A stretch of 64,000 bases of DNA, from NCBI RefSeq assembly GCF_035594765.1, contig NC_085844.1, positions 184,404,107 through 184,468,106 of the forward strand. Reading direction: 5' to 3'. This DNA is from Anolis carolinensis (lineage: Eukaryota). The translations under genes were made by a program, and so were the position numbers. This document shows, one piece after another, positions 39,433 through 52,089 of the stretch. Under the pieces are notes generated by a model that ran no database searches, had not been told where the DNA came from, and saw only the letters and a program-made list of their open reading frames with translations. Every line of letters begins with the position of its first letter. The stretch's first letter is position 1.

Positions 39433-39924
39433 TTGCCATCCCCCTGTGCATATATCCTTAACAGTCGATAATTCTAGGATTATTTTTAAAATTAACCCCT
39501 TGAAAAGATTACAGTAGCAGAGTATTAAAAAATTACAACACTTTTAAAGAGAGGCTTGCAGTGCCTTGCTGAGCACTTTGAACGCCTGGCATAGAATTGC
39601 AATTCAAGATTGAATGTTTTAACTCTGATTGAACCATTACGCTATGTAACAAAGTTTGGAAAAAAAAATCTGTTCCCGGTTTGAAAATGTTATTTCCTGT
39701 TTAATTGTGCGGTGACTACTTTGAAAGTAGTTGTTATACTCCAGAAACTTCGTTTTTGTGGCTGCCACAAACTATGTTAAATTGGTTGAGACTGGATGAA
39801 ATGTTCATTGAAAGACTGGAGCAAAACGTGCTGCAGGATGTCCCGCAAAAACAAAGTTTTTGGCAGTTTACATTTTTCCCCCATGTTTTATGACAGAACA
39901 ATTAGAAAACGACACTTATAACCA

Positions 39925-42900
39925 CAAGAAGCCATTAAAAGTTTCCATGTCCCCCAATAAAGGCTCATCAGTTGAAGCAAAGGCCACCGAAGTCTTTATT
40001 TGCATTCCAGCTGGAATAGATGACGAATGCAGTAGTCTGCCAAGAAGATGCCATCCCAAGATACACCAGAATACAGTTTATATACACTTTTCCCCTTTGA
40101 ATCTCCTGCCCCCCGCCCCCAGAGCCGCTTTTCTGTGATTGGCCAGAGTTTCCTGGCCTCCTGAAGCTGGGAGGAGCAGCCAGCGGCTCTAGCGCCTCAG
40201 CCAATCAGGGCTCAAGCCCACTTCCATCACTCGGCCAATGGTGGAAGAGGAGGTGGTGCATGGATACAACAATGGGATTTTGAAAGAATGATTGGGTTTG
40301 GGTTGGCCCTTCCTGAGCTGTATTTGTCAAGCGGATCAGAACAATTGCTTTGTTAGCCCTCCAGCCCTGTCCTATGACAAGTTGAATATACAAGTCTCCT
40401 GAGAGTGTCTGGCTACCCAGAGCCAGTCCATTGTTCGATATGCAGCAATCTGAGAGCTTTGATGGGATCGCTGATCCAATTTCCTGGGAAAGGGGATGTG
40501 TCATTGTTTGGAAAAGGCTGCAACATTTTCCTCTCCTCACAGAGAGAAGAATGTCTTTTATGAAGAGTGATTAACATGTCCAAGGGTGTCTCATCTTCTC
40601 AAGTGGCCTGGCCTCAAGCCCTCCGAGGCTTGGGAGATAAATTAATAGCTTATTGTCCACTGTGTCAGATGCATGGAAGTCCTTTGTCAAAAGTGATTAT
40701 CTGAGGCAATCTGAGTGCTCCCAGACCTTGGTATGCTGCTAGAAAGTTCACATTACTTCTTGATTTTATATAACGTACAACATATAATTCATAAACAGTA
40801 CAGGGATACACATGAGGGTCCACAAAGGTTGGAGTTTTCCCATCTGAGCGGAGGCCCGCCTTTGTGAAGATCTGGGGAGACATGTACACCATAGCTCCGT
40901 GGGCATTCTGAGAACCAGTCTCGTGGAAGTCAGAATGCCCACGGGGGAAAAAGAGGGGGTTTTGGGGTACCACATGGCTCCTTGCAGGCAAGGGGCTTCT
41001 GGGAACCCCTAACACATAAGGAGAGAGGGGCAAGGGTGGTCTTGGAGTGCATGCAGGGTGGGGGAAGGGAGTCCCTAGCATAGGAAATTCATAAAAGATA
41101 TTGGGGGTTCAGCAAGGCAGACATCTGTCAGTGTCCATTCATAAAAAAGTAGAGTTCATTCATAAAAAAGGAATCCAATTCATTAAAAAATAGTGAAAAC
41201 AACCCACTGAAAGCTGGGGTCAGAGGGGGAGCACAAAGGAAGGTCTCAGAGGTCTGGGGGGCCATCCAGGCACCCCACTGAACAATCCTTAGAATTAGTA
41301 GAGAGTCAGAATGTCGTTAGTCTGGTGAAGATTGGTGAACCACAGTTACGGAGGTTCAAAGCAGAGAACTGGTATCCACAGTTTAAATGACTGCACTTCC
41401 TCGTTCTGGGGACGCTAGTTAAATGTCCCCGAGGAGCCTGCAGGGATCCAGGGCTTGGAAAGGAGTGAATTCATAGCTTAGAGTCAGGAAGGATACAATG
41501 TTGCCAGATAGGGTTAGAGAGGAAGACACATTTTATTAGGGACTTTGTTACAAAGTGGCCAAGGGAAGTTAAAGTGATGTCCAGCACACAAGCCCCCGCA
41601 CTCACATTGCTTTGACACTCAGCTGATTACTTCCATGGGCTTATAGAAGACCCTGAATTTCCACTCCAAATAAGCTTCAGTCACTCTGAAACATTGTATC
41701 TCCTCTTCAAAGCAGCTACAATAGCTGAAAACAATAGGCAGCCGCTCTCAATCAAGGCTCTATTGTCCTTTGCTATGTTTTAACCAAGGGTAATAAATAG
41801 TATCCGCTTTCTGCTTTCACTTCCAACCTGCAAAAGAGCTCCTTTTGCAGGCTCCTTCTGCAACCCAAAAACTAACAATACACCCCTTCCCGAGCTGCGG
41901 ATCTCTGCCAGCTTGACTGAGGCAGTCCAGGACCACCTCGGGAACAAGGGAATGCGGTTTTTCCAACCGCAGATACGGAAACCCACCAGGCCCCTGTATC
42001 CGCGCCTTCACGGATTCACTCCAGACCAATTCCATTTCACTCCGGAACATTTTTTAAACTAAACTGCTATCATGCTTTTTGCCACAATTGCCTCATTTCC
42101 CCTCCTGGAAATAACACAATGGACTCTTTCTTAAGCCTTGGAGGGCAAAGCCAGACAACTTAAGAATGGAGCAACCTTTGGACATTCTAATCCGTTCATA
42201 TGAATGGCATATCTCCTCCACGGGGAGGCAAAAATATGCCACAGTTGTCAAGACAATACCATTTCCCCTTCCCAGACTCTGAATCACATAATCTCATCAA
42301 GACTGCCGATGATGCTGCCTTTTGGACAATAGAACTGACATCTAGGTGTCAGGCCCCTATTCAAGGAAATGGTTATTTCAATCATTGTATTATAGGACAG
42401 GTCCGGCTGGCAGGACCCTGGGGCTCTCGCCAGACCGCTTGACAATAGACCCAGTATAGGGTCACGCAATAATCCTTTCATCAACATATGATTGCCTTTG
42501 TTTCTCCTGCTGCCGCTCCTCCATCTCTCCCATTGGCCAGCCAGAGAGAGACGTCACAGGCGGGGCCCACGCTCCCATTGGCTGAGGCATGTGAGCCCCC
42601 AGACCGCTGACCAATCAGTGCGAAGCCAGTTGGATGGGCAGGAGCAGGAAATTTAAAATGTAAAAAGTATAAAATGTGGATTTTCTTGTATAATGGCATG
42701 CCAGTTCCTTTTGCAACTTGTTGTGACCGTCATCCTGCTCCAGCTGGACAAGAATAAACTTTGCTTCAAAACTTGGTGAGCCTTTTTGTTGGGGAATAGG
42801 AAAATCTTTATTTGCTTCTCGCAAGCTCGCCAGGTGTTGTGTAACCCTCCTTCTGGAGTCTTGTGCTGGTCTCCATTTCTAGCGAGATGCCCAAAACTTT

Positions 42901-43040
42901 GATCATATCAAAAGGAGTGAGTTAGCGATCTATGCTTCTGCTGGGGCTGTTGCTGGTACCCTTCAGCCCAGTGCCAATTCCAAGTTAAGACTGTTCCTGT
43001 GGGATCTGTGGAACGCCCTGCTGAGGCATGCTGTGTCAAA
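39925..43040. mobile_element. Region with two diverged, outward-facing LTR-like units (probable LTR-retroelement remnants)
   Basis: 39925-~40300 (minus) and ~42515-42822 (plus) share the order CCAAT boxes, TATA, CGTCATC..TCCAGCTGGA, AATAAA, TTTGCTTCAA. Confidence 0.5.
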
Positions 43041-43062
43041 TAAATTTGAAAGCAGGGGTTTC

Positions 43063-45170
43063 TAATCTATTGATAACAAATCAGTGTTTGCAAGGACTTG
43101 CTCAACTGGTTGATTTTTCTTTTTACGAAGTACTTTTGAAGCATCCTCTGCAGAGGACACTGGAAACATTGCACAACAGGTTTGTGTAAATGTCTAAAAC
43201 AGCAACCAGAGATGATGTTCAGGAAATGTTTACTGTTGCCAAATTTTTGGGACCTCAACATTTAGCCAAGGGGGGCCCATTCGGGCTTGGGACCCACATG
43301 TTAAGAAGAAGTGCTTTAAAACAGCTTCTGGCTGCTTTGTTTCTTCCTTACAGACAAGCAGCTACCAAGAAATCAACTATTTTAGTTGCTCTTCTTATAG
43401 ATGCTGTTTTTCAACTAAAGGTATGTTGCCATCGCTATCCCTTCACATTCACACTAAGGACAGTGTGTTCTTCATCAGATTGGAAAAGCAGGATATTTAG
43501 AGACATTGTAAAAGAAATGTGATGCAAAGCTACAACATCAGAAAGAAGTAGAGCTTCTCTGCCATCCCACTTGTATTCACAAGAGGGGGGAAATTGGGGG
43601 GGGGGGGTCTCAAAGATAGCAGTACCTATCCCTATCTGCTCTGCTATGGAACCAATCCTGGAAAACATAAAATAATGATGAAAATAGGGGCACCACAGAA
43701 CATGGATCACATACCTTTTTCCACAACCTACTTTTCCACAACACTGTTAAAATACTTTTGTAACCCAGATCATTGTATAAACCTACCCTGTAGGTACATG
43801 GCTGTCACCCAAATACAACACATTTAAACACCTCTGCCAATTGAGGAATATTTAAAAGATTTACATGTACAGTCAACACACCATATTGGCTTTGGTTAGG
43901 GGCACAGGAATTCTGCAGAAGTGGGAACTCTGCAAATAAATAACACTATTTTTAAGCTGAAAAATCACCTCTAGGTCTTTCAGTGTGACTGTAGTCATAC
44001 AGAGGTTCCTCGGGTTAAGTTAACTGTTATTTATGAAATACAGCTTATAGTAAAGTTTAACCAGAGGTATGCAATTTCCCTTGCTGAGCAGAATACCACT
44101 TAACGTATAAAATTATATTGCTGTGCTGAGTACAAGAATCCACGTATTACAGGTACAAAAAGGGGTAAAGATGACTGCAGATGACCACACAAGATCCAAC
44201 TTATGGTAATAGGAAATTTGGTACTTGTATGCTTTTTATTTTCTTCACATTATGTTGTAGAATAATGCTTTGATTTAAAGGCACCCTGAGACAACTGCAC
44301 CAAAAGTACAAGCCACAGTCTACCAAAGATGATTCTTATCAGACTTTACTAAGTATGCATGTGTTTGCAATCCCCCCCAGTGGCACAGTGGGTTAAACCT
44401 CTGAGCTGCTAAACTTGCTGACCAAAAGGTTAACAGTTTGAATCTTGAGGGGGGGGGGGTGAGCTCCTGCTGTTGGTCCCAGCCTTTGCCAACCTAGCAG
44501 TTGGAAAACATGCAAATGTGAGTAGATCAATAGGTACCGCTTCAGTGGGAAGATAATGGCCACATGACCTTGGAGGACTCTACGGACAACGGAGGCTCTT
44601 CGACTTAGAAATGGAGATGAGCACCAACCCCCAGAGTCGGACACAACAAATCTTAATTCCAGGGGAAAACCTTTACCTTTACCTTGCCATCCCCCTGTGC
44701 ATATATCCTTAACAGTCAATAATTCTGGGATTATTTTTAAAATTAACCCCTTGAAAAGATGACAATAGCAGAGTATTCAAACATTACAGCACTTTTAAGG
44801 AGAGGCTTGCAGTGCCTTACTGAGCATAGAACTGCAATTCAAGAGTGAATTCTTTAACTCTGATTGAACCATTACACTATGTAACAAAATTTGAAAAATA
44901 AAATTCTGTTCCTGGTTTGAAAGTATTATTTCCCGTTTAATTGTGCTGTGCCTGCTTTGAAAGTACAGTAGTTGCTATACTCCAGAAACTTTATTTTTGT
45001 GGCTGCCACAAGCTATTTTGAATTGGTTGAGACTGGATGAAATATTCATTGAAAAACTAGAGCAAAACGTGCTGCAGGATGTCCCGCAAAAACAAAGTTT
45101 TTGGCAGTTTAATACACTTTTTCCATGTTTTATGACAGAACCAATTAGGAAATGACATTTATAACCCAGG
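43063..45170. repeat. Local segmental triplication, copy 2
   Basis: Collinear with copies 1 and 3. Confidence 0.9.
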
Positions 45171-45193
45171 AACAAAAATTGTGTTATATGGTG
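44875..45193. mobile_element. MITE with CAC...GTG termini and TTA TSD (Chapaev3-like by termini)
   Basis: TTA|CACTATGTAACA ... TGTTATATGGTG|TTA. A truncated copy lies at about 39640-39924. Confidence 0.55.
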
Positions 45194-45265
45194 TTACTGT
45201 ATTGTAACATGCATACACCAATATCCATGCATTCAGTCCGCCTTCAAATAATTATAACCAAAGAA

Positions 45266-45400
45266 GAGGCACGGGCAAACTTTCAGCCCTCCGGGTGTTT
45301 TGGACTTCAACTCCCACAATTCCTAACAGCCTACCGGCTGTTAGGAATTGTGGGAGTTGAAGTCCAAAACACCCGGAGGGCTGAAGTTTGCCCATGCCTG
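45266..45400. mobile_element. hAT-type palindromic MITE
   Basis: Near-perfect ~65-bp inverted repeat GGCACGGGCAAACTT.../...AAGTTTGCCCATGCCTG. Confidence 0.75.
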
Positions 45401-45459
45401 CCATAGATACTAGCTGTATACACATTTTTTGGAAGAGATGCCTTGCATATCTCTCCCTG

Positions 45460-45790
45460 GACTCGCCCCCTTGCCTTCGGGGTCCCCTTCTCGCTGCCTG
45501 AAAGATCCCTTCCCTCCCACCCGTTCCCGTTTCGTGGGTCTTGCCTTTCTTGAATCCGGTTCAGCTCTGCTCCAGGCTGCAGCCTCGCTTCCTGCCACCT
45601 CTAAAGGACAGCAAAACGCATGCGGCGGGAAGCCGGTGACGGTCGGAAGCGGAAATTTGGGCGGTGTTAGCGACGCAGGCGGGCTCAACCTTGGACGCCT
45701 GACCTTGGGCGAGTCACACTCTCTCAGCCTCCGAGGAAGGCGAGGGCAGGCGCGCACGCAACCAAGGCTGCGCTAGGAAAACCCTCCTCT
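45460..45790. promoter_or_regulatory. CpG island, candidate HPDL promoter
   Basis: GC- and CpG-rich unique sequence with several CGGAA/GGAAG ETS motifs and GCGCGCACGC. HPDL has a splice acceptor at 37198-37199, just upstream of its ATG, which implies an upstream exon. Confidence 0.45.
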
Positions 45791-45849
45791 GATAGGCTGA
45801 AGGTCTCTATAAACTCTGGCATGATTTGAAGGCTAACACTGCGAAGGGA

Positions 45850-46620
45850 TTCAGGCATTGGAGCAAATGTAGGACACGGCGTATTATTGGAGAACACAGA
45901 AATGCTGGACCACTCAAACGGCCACCATGTCAGACTCCACAGAGAGGCTACTGAAATCCGCAAGCATGTGGACAATTAAACCATGAAAATGAACAAAATC
46001 TGGCTACTAGTATTTAAAAAACCCTCTAAATTCAGGACAGTAAATAAAGAACAACACTCTGAAAACAGGGGAGTTCCAGACAAGAAAGAATCAGGGTCAA
46101 AAAACACATCCTAACAAAGGATTCCCCCAGACAGGGAACAGCCAGGCTTGGAAACTGCAAGGCTATTGGGTTGTTAGTTTTCCGGGCTGTATGGCCATGT
46201 TGCAGAAGCATTCTCTCCTGACATTTCGCTCACATCAGTGGCAGGCATCCTCAGAGGTTGTGAGGTATAATGGAAAACCTAAGCAAAGGAAGTTTATATA
46301 TCTGTGGAAGGTCCAGGGTAGGAGAAAGAACTCTTGTCTGCTGGAGGCCAGTGTGAATGTGTAATTAATCACCTTGATTAGCGTTAATGGCCTTATCAGC
46401 TTCAGGTCCTGGCTTCTTCTTACCTGGGGGAATCCTTTGTTTGGAAGTGTTTCTGGTCCTGGTTGATTCATTTCTGGAATTCCACTGTTTTGAGAGTGCT
46501 TTTCCTTATTTGTTGTTGTTTATTTGTTCAGTCCACCACTTAACCACTTAACACCACTTAACATAGGATTCCCCCAGGCAAGAAGCAGCCAGGCTTTGAA
46601 ACTGCAAGGCTATTCAAGGC
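45850..46620. mobile_element. Penelope-like fragments (both orientations)
   Basis: GIY-YIG C-terminal coding remnant (ILLENTEMLDHSNGHHVRLHREATEIRKH) plus the terminal unit. Confidence 0.75.
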
Positions 46621-48056
46621 TAATCTACTGATAACAAACCAGTGTTTGCAAGGACTTGCTCAACTGGCTGATTTTTCTTTTTATGAAGTACCTTTGAAGC
46701 ATCTTTTGTAGTGGCCACTGTAAACATTGCACAACAGATTTGTGTAAATGTCTAAAACATCCACTAGAGATGATGTTCAGGAAACGTTTACTGTTGCCAA
46801 ATTTTTGGGACCTCAACGTTTAGCCAAGGGGGGCCCATTTGGGCTTGGGACCCACATGTTAAGAAGAAGTGCTTTAAAACAGGTTCTGGCTGCTTTGTTT
46901 CTTCCTTACAAACAAGCAGCTACCAAGAAATCAACTATTTTAGTTGCTCTTCTTATAGATGCTGTTTTTCAACTAAAGGTATGTTGTCATCACTATCCCT
47001 TCACATTTACACAAAGGACAGTGTGTTCTTCATCAGACTGGAAAAGCAGGATATTTAGAGACATTGTAAAAGGAATGTGATGCAAAGTTACAACATCAGA
47101 AAGAAGTAGAGCTTCTCTGCCATCCCACTTGTATTCACAACAGGGGGGAAATTGGGGGAGGGGGGAGTCTCAAAGATAGCAGTACCTATCCCTATCTGCT
47201 CTGCTACAGAACCAATCCTGGAAAACATAAAATAATGATGAAAATAGGGGCACCACAGAACATGGATCACATACCTTTTTCCACAACCTACTTTTCCACA
47301 ACACTGTTAAAATACTTTTGTAACCCAGATCATTGTATAAACCTACCCTGTAGGTACATGGCTGTAACCCAAATACAACACATTTAAATAACCTCTGCCA
47401 ATTGAGGAATATTTAAAAGAGTTACATGTACAGTCAACCCACCATATTGGCCCTGGTTAGGGGCACAGGAATTCTGCAGAAGTGGGAACTCTGCAAATAA
47501 ATAACACTATTTTTAAGCTGAGAAATCATCTCTAGGTCTTCCAGTGCAGAGGTTCTTCGTCTTAAGTAAACTGTTATTTATGAAATACAGCTTATAGTAA
47601 AGTTTAACCAGGGGTATGCAATTTCCCTTGCTGAGTAGACTAACACTTAACGTATGCAATTCTATTGCTGCGCTGAGTACAAGAATCCACATATTACAGG
47701 TACAAAAAGGGGTAAAGATCATCACTGCAGATGACCTCCACACTAGATCCAACTGATAGTAATAGGATATTTGGTACTTGTATGCTTTTTATTTTCTTCA
47801 CATTATGTTATACAATAATTCTTTGACTTAGAGGCACCCTGAGAAAACAGCACCAAAAGTACAAGCCACAGTCTACCAAAGATTATTTTCACCAGACTTT
47901 ACTATATATGTATGTGTTTGCATTCCCCCTGATGCCACAGTGGGTTAAACCTCTGAGCTGCTGAACTTGCTGACCCCCCCCCCCCGATTGAATCCGGGGG
48001 GGGGGGGGTGCGGTGAGCTCCAGCTGTGGGTCCCAGCCTTTGCCAACCTAGCAGTT
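46621..48056. repeat. Local segmental triplication, copy 3
   Basis: Collinear with copies 1 and 2; bounded by Penelope sequence on both sides. Confidence 0.9.
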
Positions 48057-48977
48057 GTATGGCCATGTTGCAGAAGCCTTCTCTCCTGACATTTCGCTCA
48101 CCTCGGTGGCAGGCATCCTCAGAGGTTGTGAGGTATATTGGAAAAACTAAGCACGGGAAGTTTATTTATCTGTGGAAGGTCCAGTGTAGGAGAAAGAACT
48201 CTTGTCTGTTGGAGGCCAGTGTGAATGTTCAGAAGTGTTTCTGGCCCAGATTGATTCATTTCTGGAATTCCTCTGCTTTGAGAGTGTTGTTCCTTATTTG
48301 TTGTTGTTTATTCGTTCAGTCACTTCCAACTCTTCGTGACCTCATGGACCAGCCCACGCCAGAGCTCCCTGTCAACCATTGCCACTCCAGCTCCTTCAAA
48401 GTCAAGCCAGTCCCTTCAAGGATACCATCCATCCATCTTGCCTATGGTTGACCCCTCATCCTTTTTCCTTCCATTTTCCCCAGCATCATATCTTCACCAA
48501 GCTTTCCTTTCCCAACAGTCCCTTATTTACTGTTCTGATTTTAGAGTTTTTAATACTGGTAGCCAGATTTTGTTCTTTTCCAATATTTCCTCCTTTCTGT
48601 TGAAATTGTCCACACACTTGCGGATTTCAATGGCTTCTCTGTGTAGTCTGACATGGTGGTTGTTCGAGTGGTCCAGCATTTCTATGTTCTCAGATAATAT
48701 GCCGTGTCCAAGTTGGTTCATCAAGGGCTCTGCTATGGCTGACTTCTCTGGCTGAGTCAGTCTGCAGTGCCTTTCATGTTCCTTGATTCATGTTTGGGCA
48801 ATGCTGCGTTTGGTGGTCCCTATGTAGACTTGTCCACAGCTGCATGGTATATGGTATATGGTATATGGTATATGGTATATGGTATATGGTAGACTCCTGC
48901 AGAGGTGAGAGGATCCCACTTGTCCTTCGCTGAACGTAGCATTTGTTGAATTTTCTTAGTGGGTCTGTAGATAGTTT

Positions 48978-49016
<39 letters not shown>

Positions 49017-49390
49017 TTATTCTTATATCCCGCCCCATCTCCCCGAAGGGACTCGGGGCGGTTGTGTTTCTTTATTAGCTTGCCTATGCAGTCAGTGGTT
49101 CCCTTGATATATGGTAAGAATATTTTTCCTCTGGGTGGATCTTTGTCTTTACTCTCATGCAAGTCTATTAAATGCTAATCAAGGTGGCCAATTGCAGCAT
49201 TCACACTTGTCTCAAGCAGACAAGAGTTATTTCTCCAACCCTGGGCATTTCACAGATATATACACTCCACATGCCTAGTTTGCAACACAACCTCTGAGGT
49301 TGCCTGCCATAGGAGAGAATGCTTCTGGAACATGGCCATACAGCCACACAGCAACCCAGTGATTCTGGCCATGAAAGCCTTCAACAACAC
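48056..49390 (-). mobile_element. Penelope-like element (GIY-YIG region) with nested RTE 3' fragment (about 48300-48500) and L2 tail (about 48980-49060)
   Basis: The minus strand encodes KIFLPYIKGTTD, GVYHIP..CSCGQVYIGTT and ENIEMLDHSNNHHVRLHREAIEIRK. Confidence 0.8.
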
Positions 49391-50733
49391 AATGCAGGAA
49401 TTGACTATTTTGGATTTCAGAAGAGCCGCAGAGATGAAACCCTTCCTTGTGGTTGCAGCCAAAGAAAGAGAGTATTGTCCACAAAACTTGACTATGCTGC
49501 AGTCCATTGATTCTTCCTTGCAGGCCACACAAGGTTCCCCTCCCTCCTTCTCCCCTCTTTTCTTGATGAAATACATCAAAGCTGCTTTCTCTTTTCTGAT
49601 TGTGCTGCTAATTGACTTGGAAGACATTTCTTTCTTCCTCTCTCTGGCTGCATCTGCACTGTAGAGTTAATGCAGTTTGACACCACTTTGAACTGCCATG
49701 TCTCAATGCGATAGGATCCTGGGAGTTGTTTGGTGAAGCACTGGCTCTCTTTGGCAAAGAAGGCTAAAGATTTCTGGACCCCCCTTTTACACAGCTGAAT
49801 AAATTTACTCATTTTTTATTTGAACTGGAATATATGGCAGTGTGGACTCAGATAACCCAGTTCAAAGCAGATATTGTGGGATTTTCTGCCTTGATATTCT
49901 GGGTTATCTGGCTGCGTGGAAGAGCCCTGGGAAATTTACTTTCCTTCTGTGAAGATCTCTCTAATCTCTGCAATCTCTGTCTCTTTATTTTGCTCCTCTG
50001 ACTATGTTAAACTTGTTCTTCAATGGGGCTGCCACCTGGAGTGAAGGAACACACTGCTGGGTGGATAGGGTAAAACATGGCTTCAATGTTATTCTATGGG
50101 AACTTCAAAAGAAAAGACAAATTTGCTTGAAATTATGAGTGCAGAAAAAGGGGTTTGTGCAAAACCTTAACTTAGATCATTGGACTTGAGGATGAGTGAT
50201 GCGTATTTTTCAGAAACTGGAAGTAATAAAAATATTCAAGATTATTGCACTTCTTTTCTTAGGAGGGCACAATAGACTTCCATTTCAAAAATAACATAGT
50301 GAGTGGGAATGGCCTTACCTATTTATGTGTAGTAAGTAAAGCATTCTGGGTTTTTTTTCAGTTAACATTGAATTGTATTTTCAAACTTTTTGTCATTTTC
50401 TCTTAAATAAAACATGGTGTATGAAGGGTGAAGGAACCACATGCGTAGCAGTATGCACGGGGTTTAAAAGACGAAATGAAAGGGGTTGGTGCAAAATGTA
50501 ATTTTCACAGGTTAGCATTTTCCAGATGTAGTGGACTACAAATGTCATGAGACAGCAATCAGATTGTGAGATCTGCATATATTAGTTTGAGGAAAGCAAT
50601 AAAATCTAGTCCCAAGAGAGTTTTGAATGAGTTGAATGTGCCATTTGTAGGCAGTGGTATTAATATCCTCCCTTGTATGTGGCTCATGCAACATTCTGTG
50701 AGGATGTAAGAATATGGTGTCACTTCTGAAATA

Positions 50734-51616
50734 CAGGCAGTCCCCGAGGTACAAACATCCGACTGAAAAATGACTCATAATTAAGAATGGGGTTGAAACA
50801 AAGGAAATGAGAGAAATTGACCCCTCGAAAGGGAAATTCACATCTGAATTATCATGGGGAAAAGGTGTCTCCACTTAAGCTTTATCACCAATCCTTGTTT
50901 CCAATCCACCAATGAGACAAATTTTTCAAAATCCAGTTCTCACAATGGAAGTCCATTGCGCCTTCCTAAGAAAAGAAGTACGATAAACTTGAATATTTGT
51001 ATTACTTCCAGTTTCTGAGAAATATGCATCACTCATCCTCAAGTGAGGTGAAATCTTCTGAACGGGGACATATTTATTTATTTTATTTACAGTATTTATA
51101 TTCCGCCCTTCTCACCCCGAAGGGGACTCAGGGCAGATCACATTATACACACATAGGGCAAACATTCAATGCCCATAAACACATCAAACAGAGACCGAGA
51201 CAGACAGACACAGAGGCAAGTTAACCTTCTCCTGAGGGGATGTTCGATTCTGGCCACAGGGGGGAGCAGCTGCTTCATCATCCACTCTGACGGCACTTCC
51301 TCATTCCAGCGTCGTAAATTAGTTAACCTTGCCTCCCCACTTTTTTTATAAGTGGTACCTTATTTCCTACTTGATAGATGCAACTATCTTTCGGGTTGCT
51401 AGGTCAGCAACGAGCAGGGGCTATTTTTTATTTTTAATTGACGAGTGCTCACCCCGCCACGGGTTGGCCTCGAACTCATGACCTAATGGTCAGAGTGATT
51501 TATTGCAGCTGCTCAACAGCCTGCGCCACAGCCCGGCAGTAAAACAACCATAGGAGTGTTATCCCTTAACTATGCTCTCCCTCCCTCTCCCTCTCCCTCT
51601 CTCCCCCTCTCTCTAT

Positions 51617-51664
<48 letters not shown>

Positions 51665-51776
51665 AGGGAGAGGCTGGAGTTATGCTTAAAAATGTACCTG
51701 TTCCTTACTTATATACAAATTCAAATTAAGAACAAACCTATACAACCTATCTTGTTTGTAACTTGGGGCTGCCTGT
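50734..51776. mobile_element. Tigger-like MITE with a nested tRNA-derived, L2-tailed SINE (about 51070-51536, minus) and a (GA)n tract
   Basis: TIRs CAGGCAGTCCCC/GGGGCTGCCTG with TA flanks. The nested element has a tRNA-like head and the L2 3' tail. Confidence 0.65.
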
Positions 51777-52089
51777 ATGCTTTCTATAACAATACCCTCT
51801 TTTTGCTTCATTTTCTTTTGACGTTCCTTGAAATGGTCAGGCAGCAGTTTTGTCAACTTGCCATCCTCTCCAGAATGTATGTCCTGGCTTTGCATGGTAT
51901 TTCTCCCAACTCCTGCCTCTGATGTTTTTGTGAAGCAAATAACACTGCATGATTGTCAGCAATAGGCACAAGCATACTGAAATTATCAAGAGGGATCTGT
52001 AGATATCCCAACAACCAACTCCCTCCTTCCTCCCAGCCCCTTTTGAGTGGAGAGATCTGGAGAGATAGCTTATGTTGGGGGTGTCAGTT

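Larger units (their letters stand above)
37547..39924. repeat. Local segmental triplication, copy 1
   Basis: Collinear and highly similar to 43063-45170 and 46621-48056. Confidence 0.9.

Noticed and set aside
43190-47080. Twin 110-aa ORFs (43190-43522 and 46748-47080) as a novel gene family
   Set aside because: They are similar only because they lie in the segmental duplication. Copy 1 is disrupted and no recognisable domain or gene structure is present.
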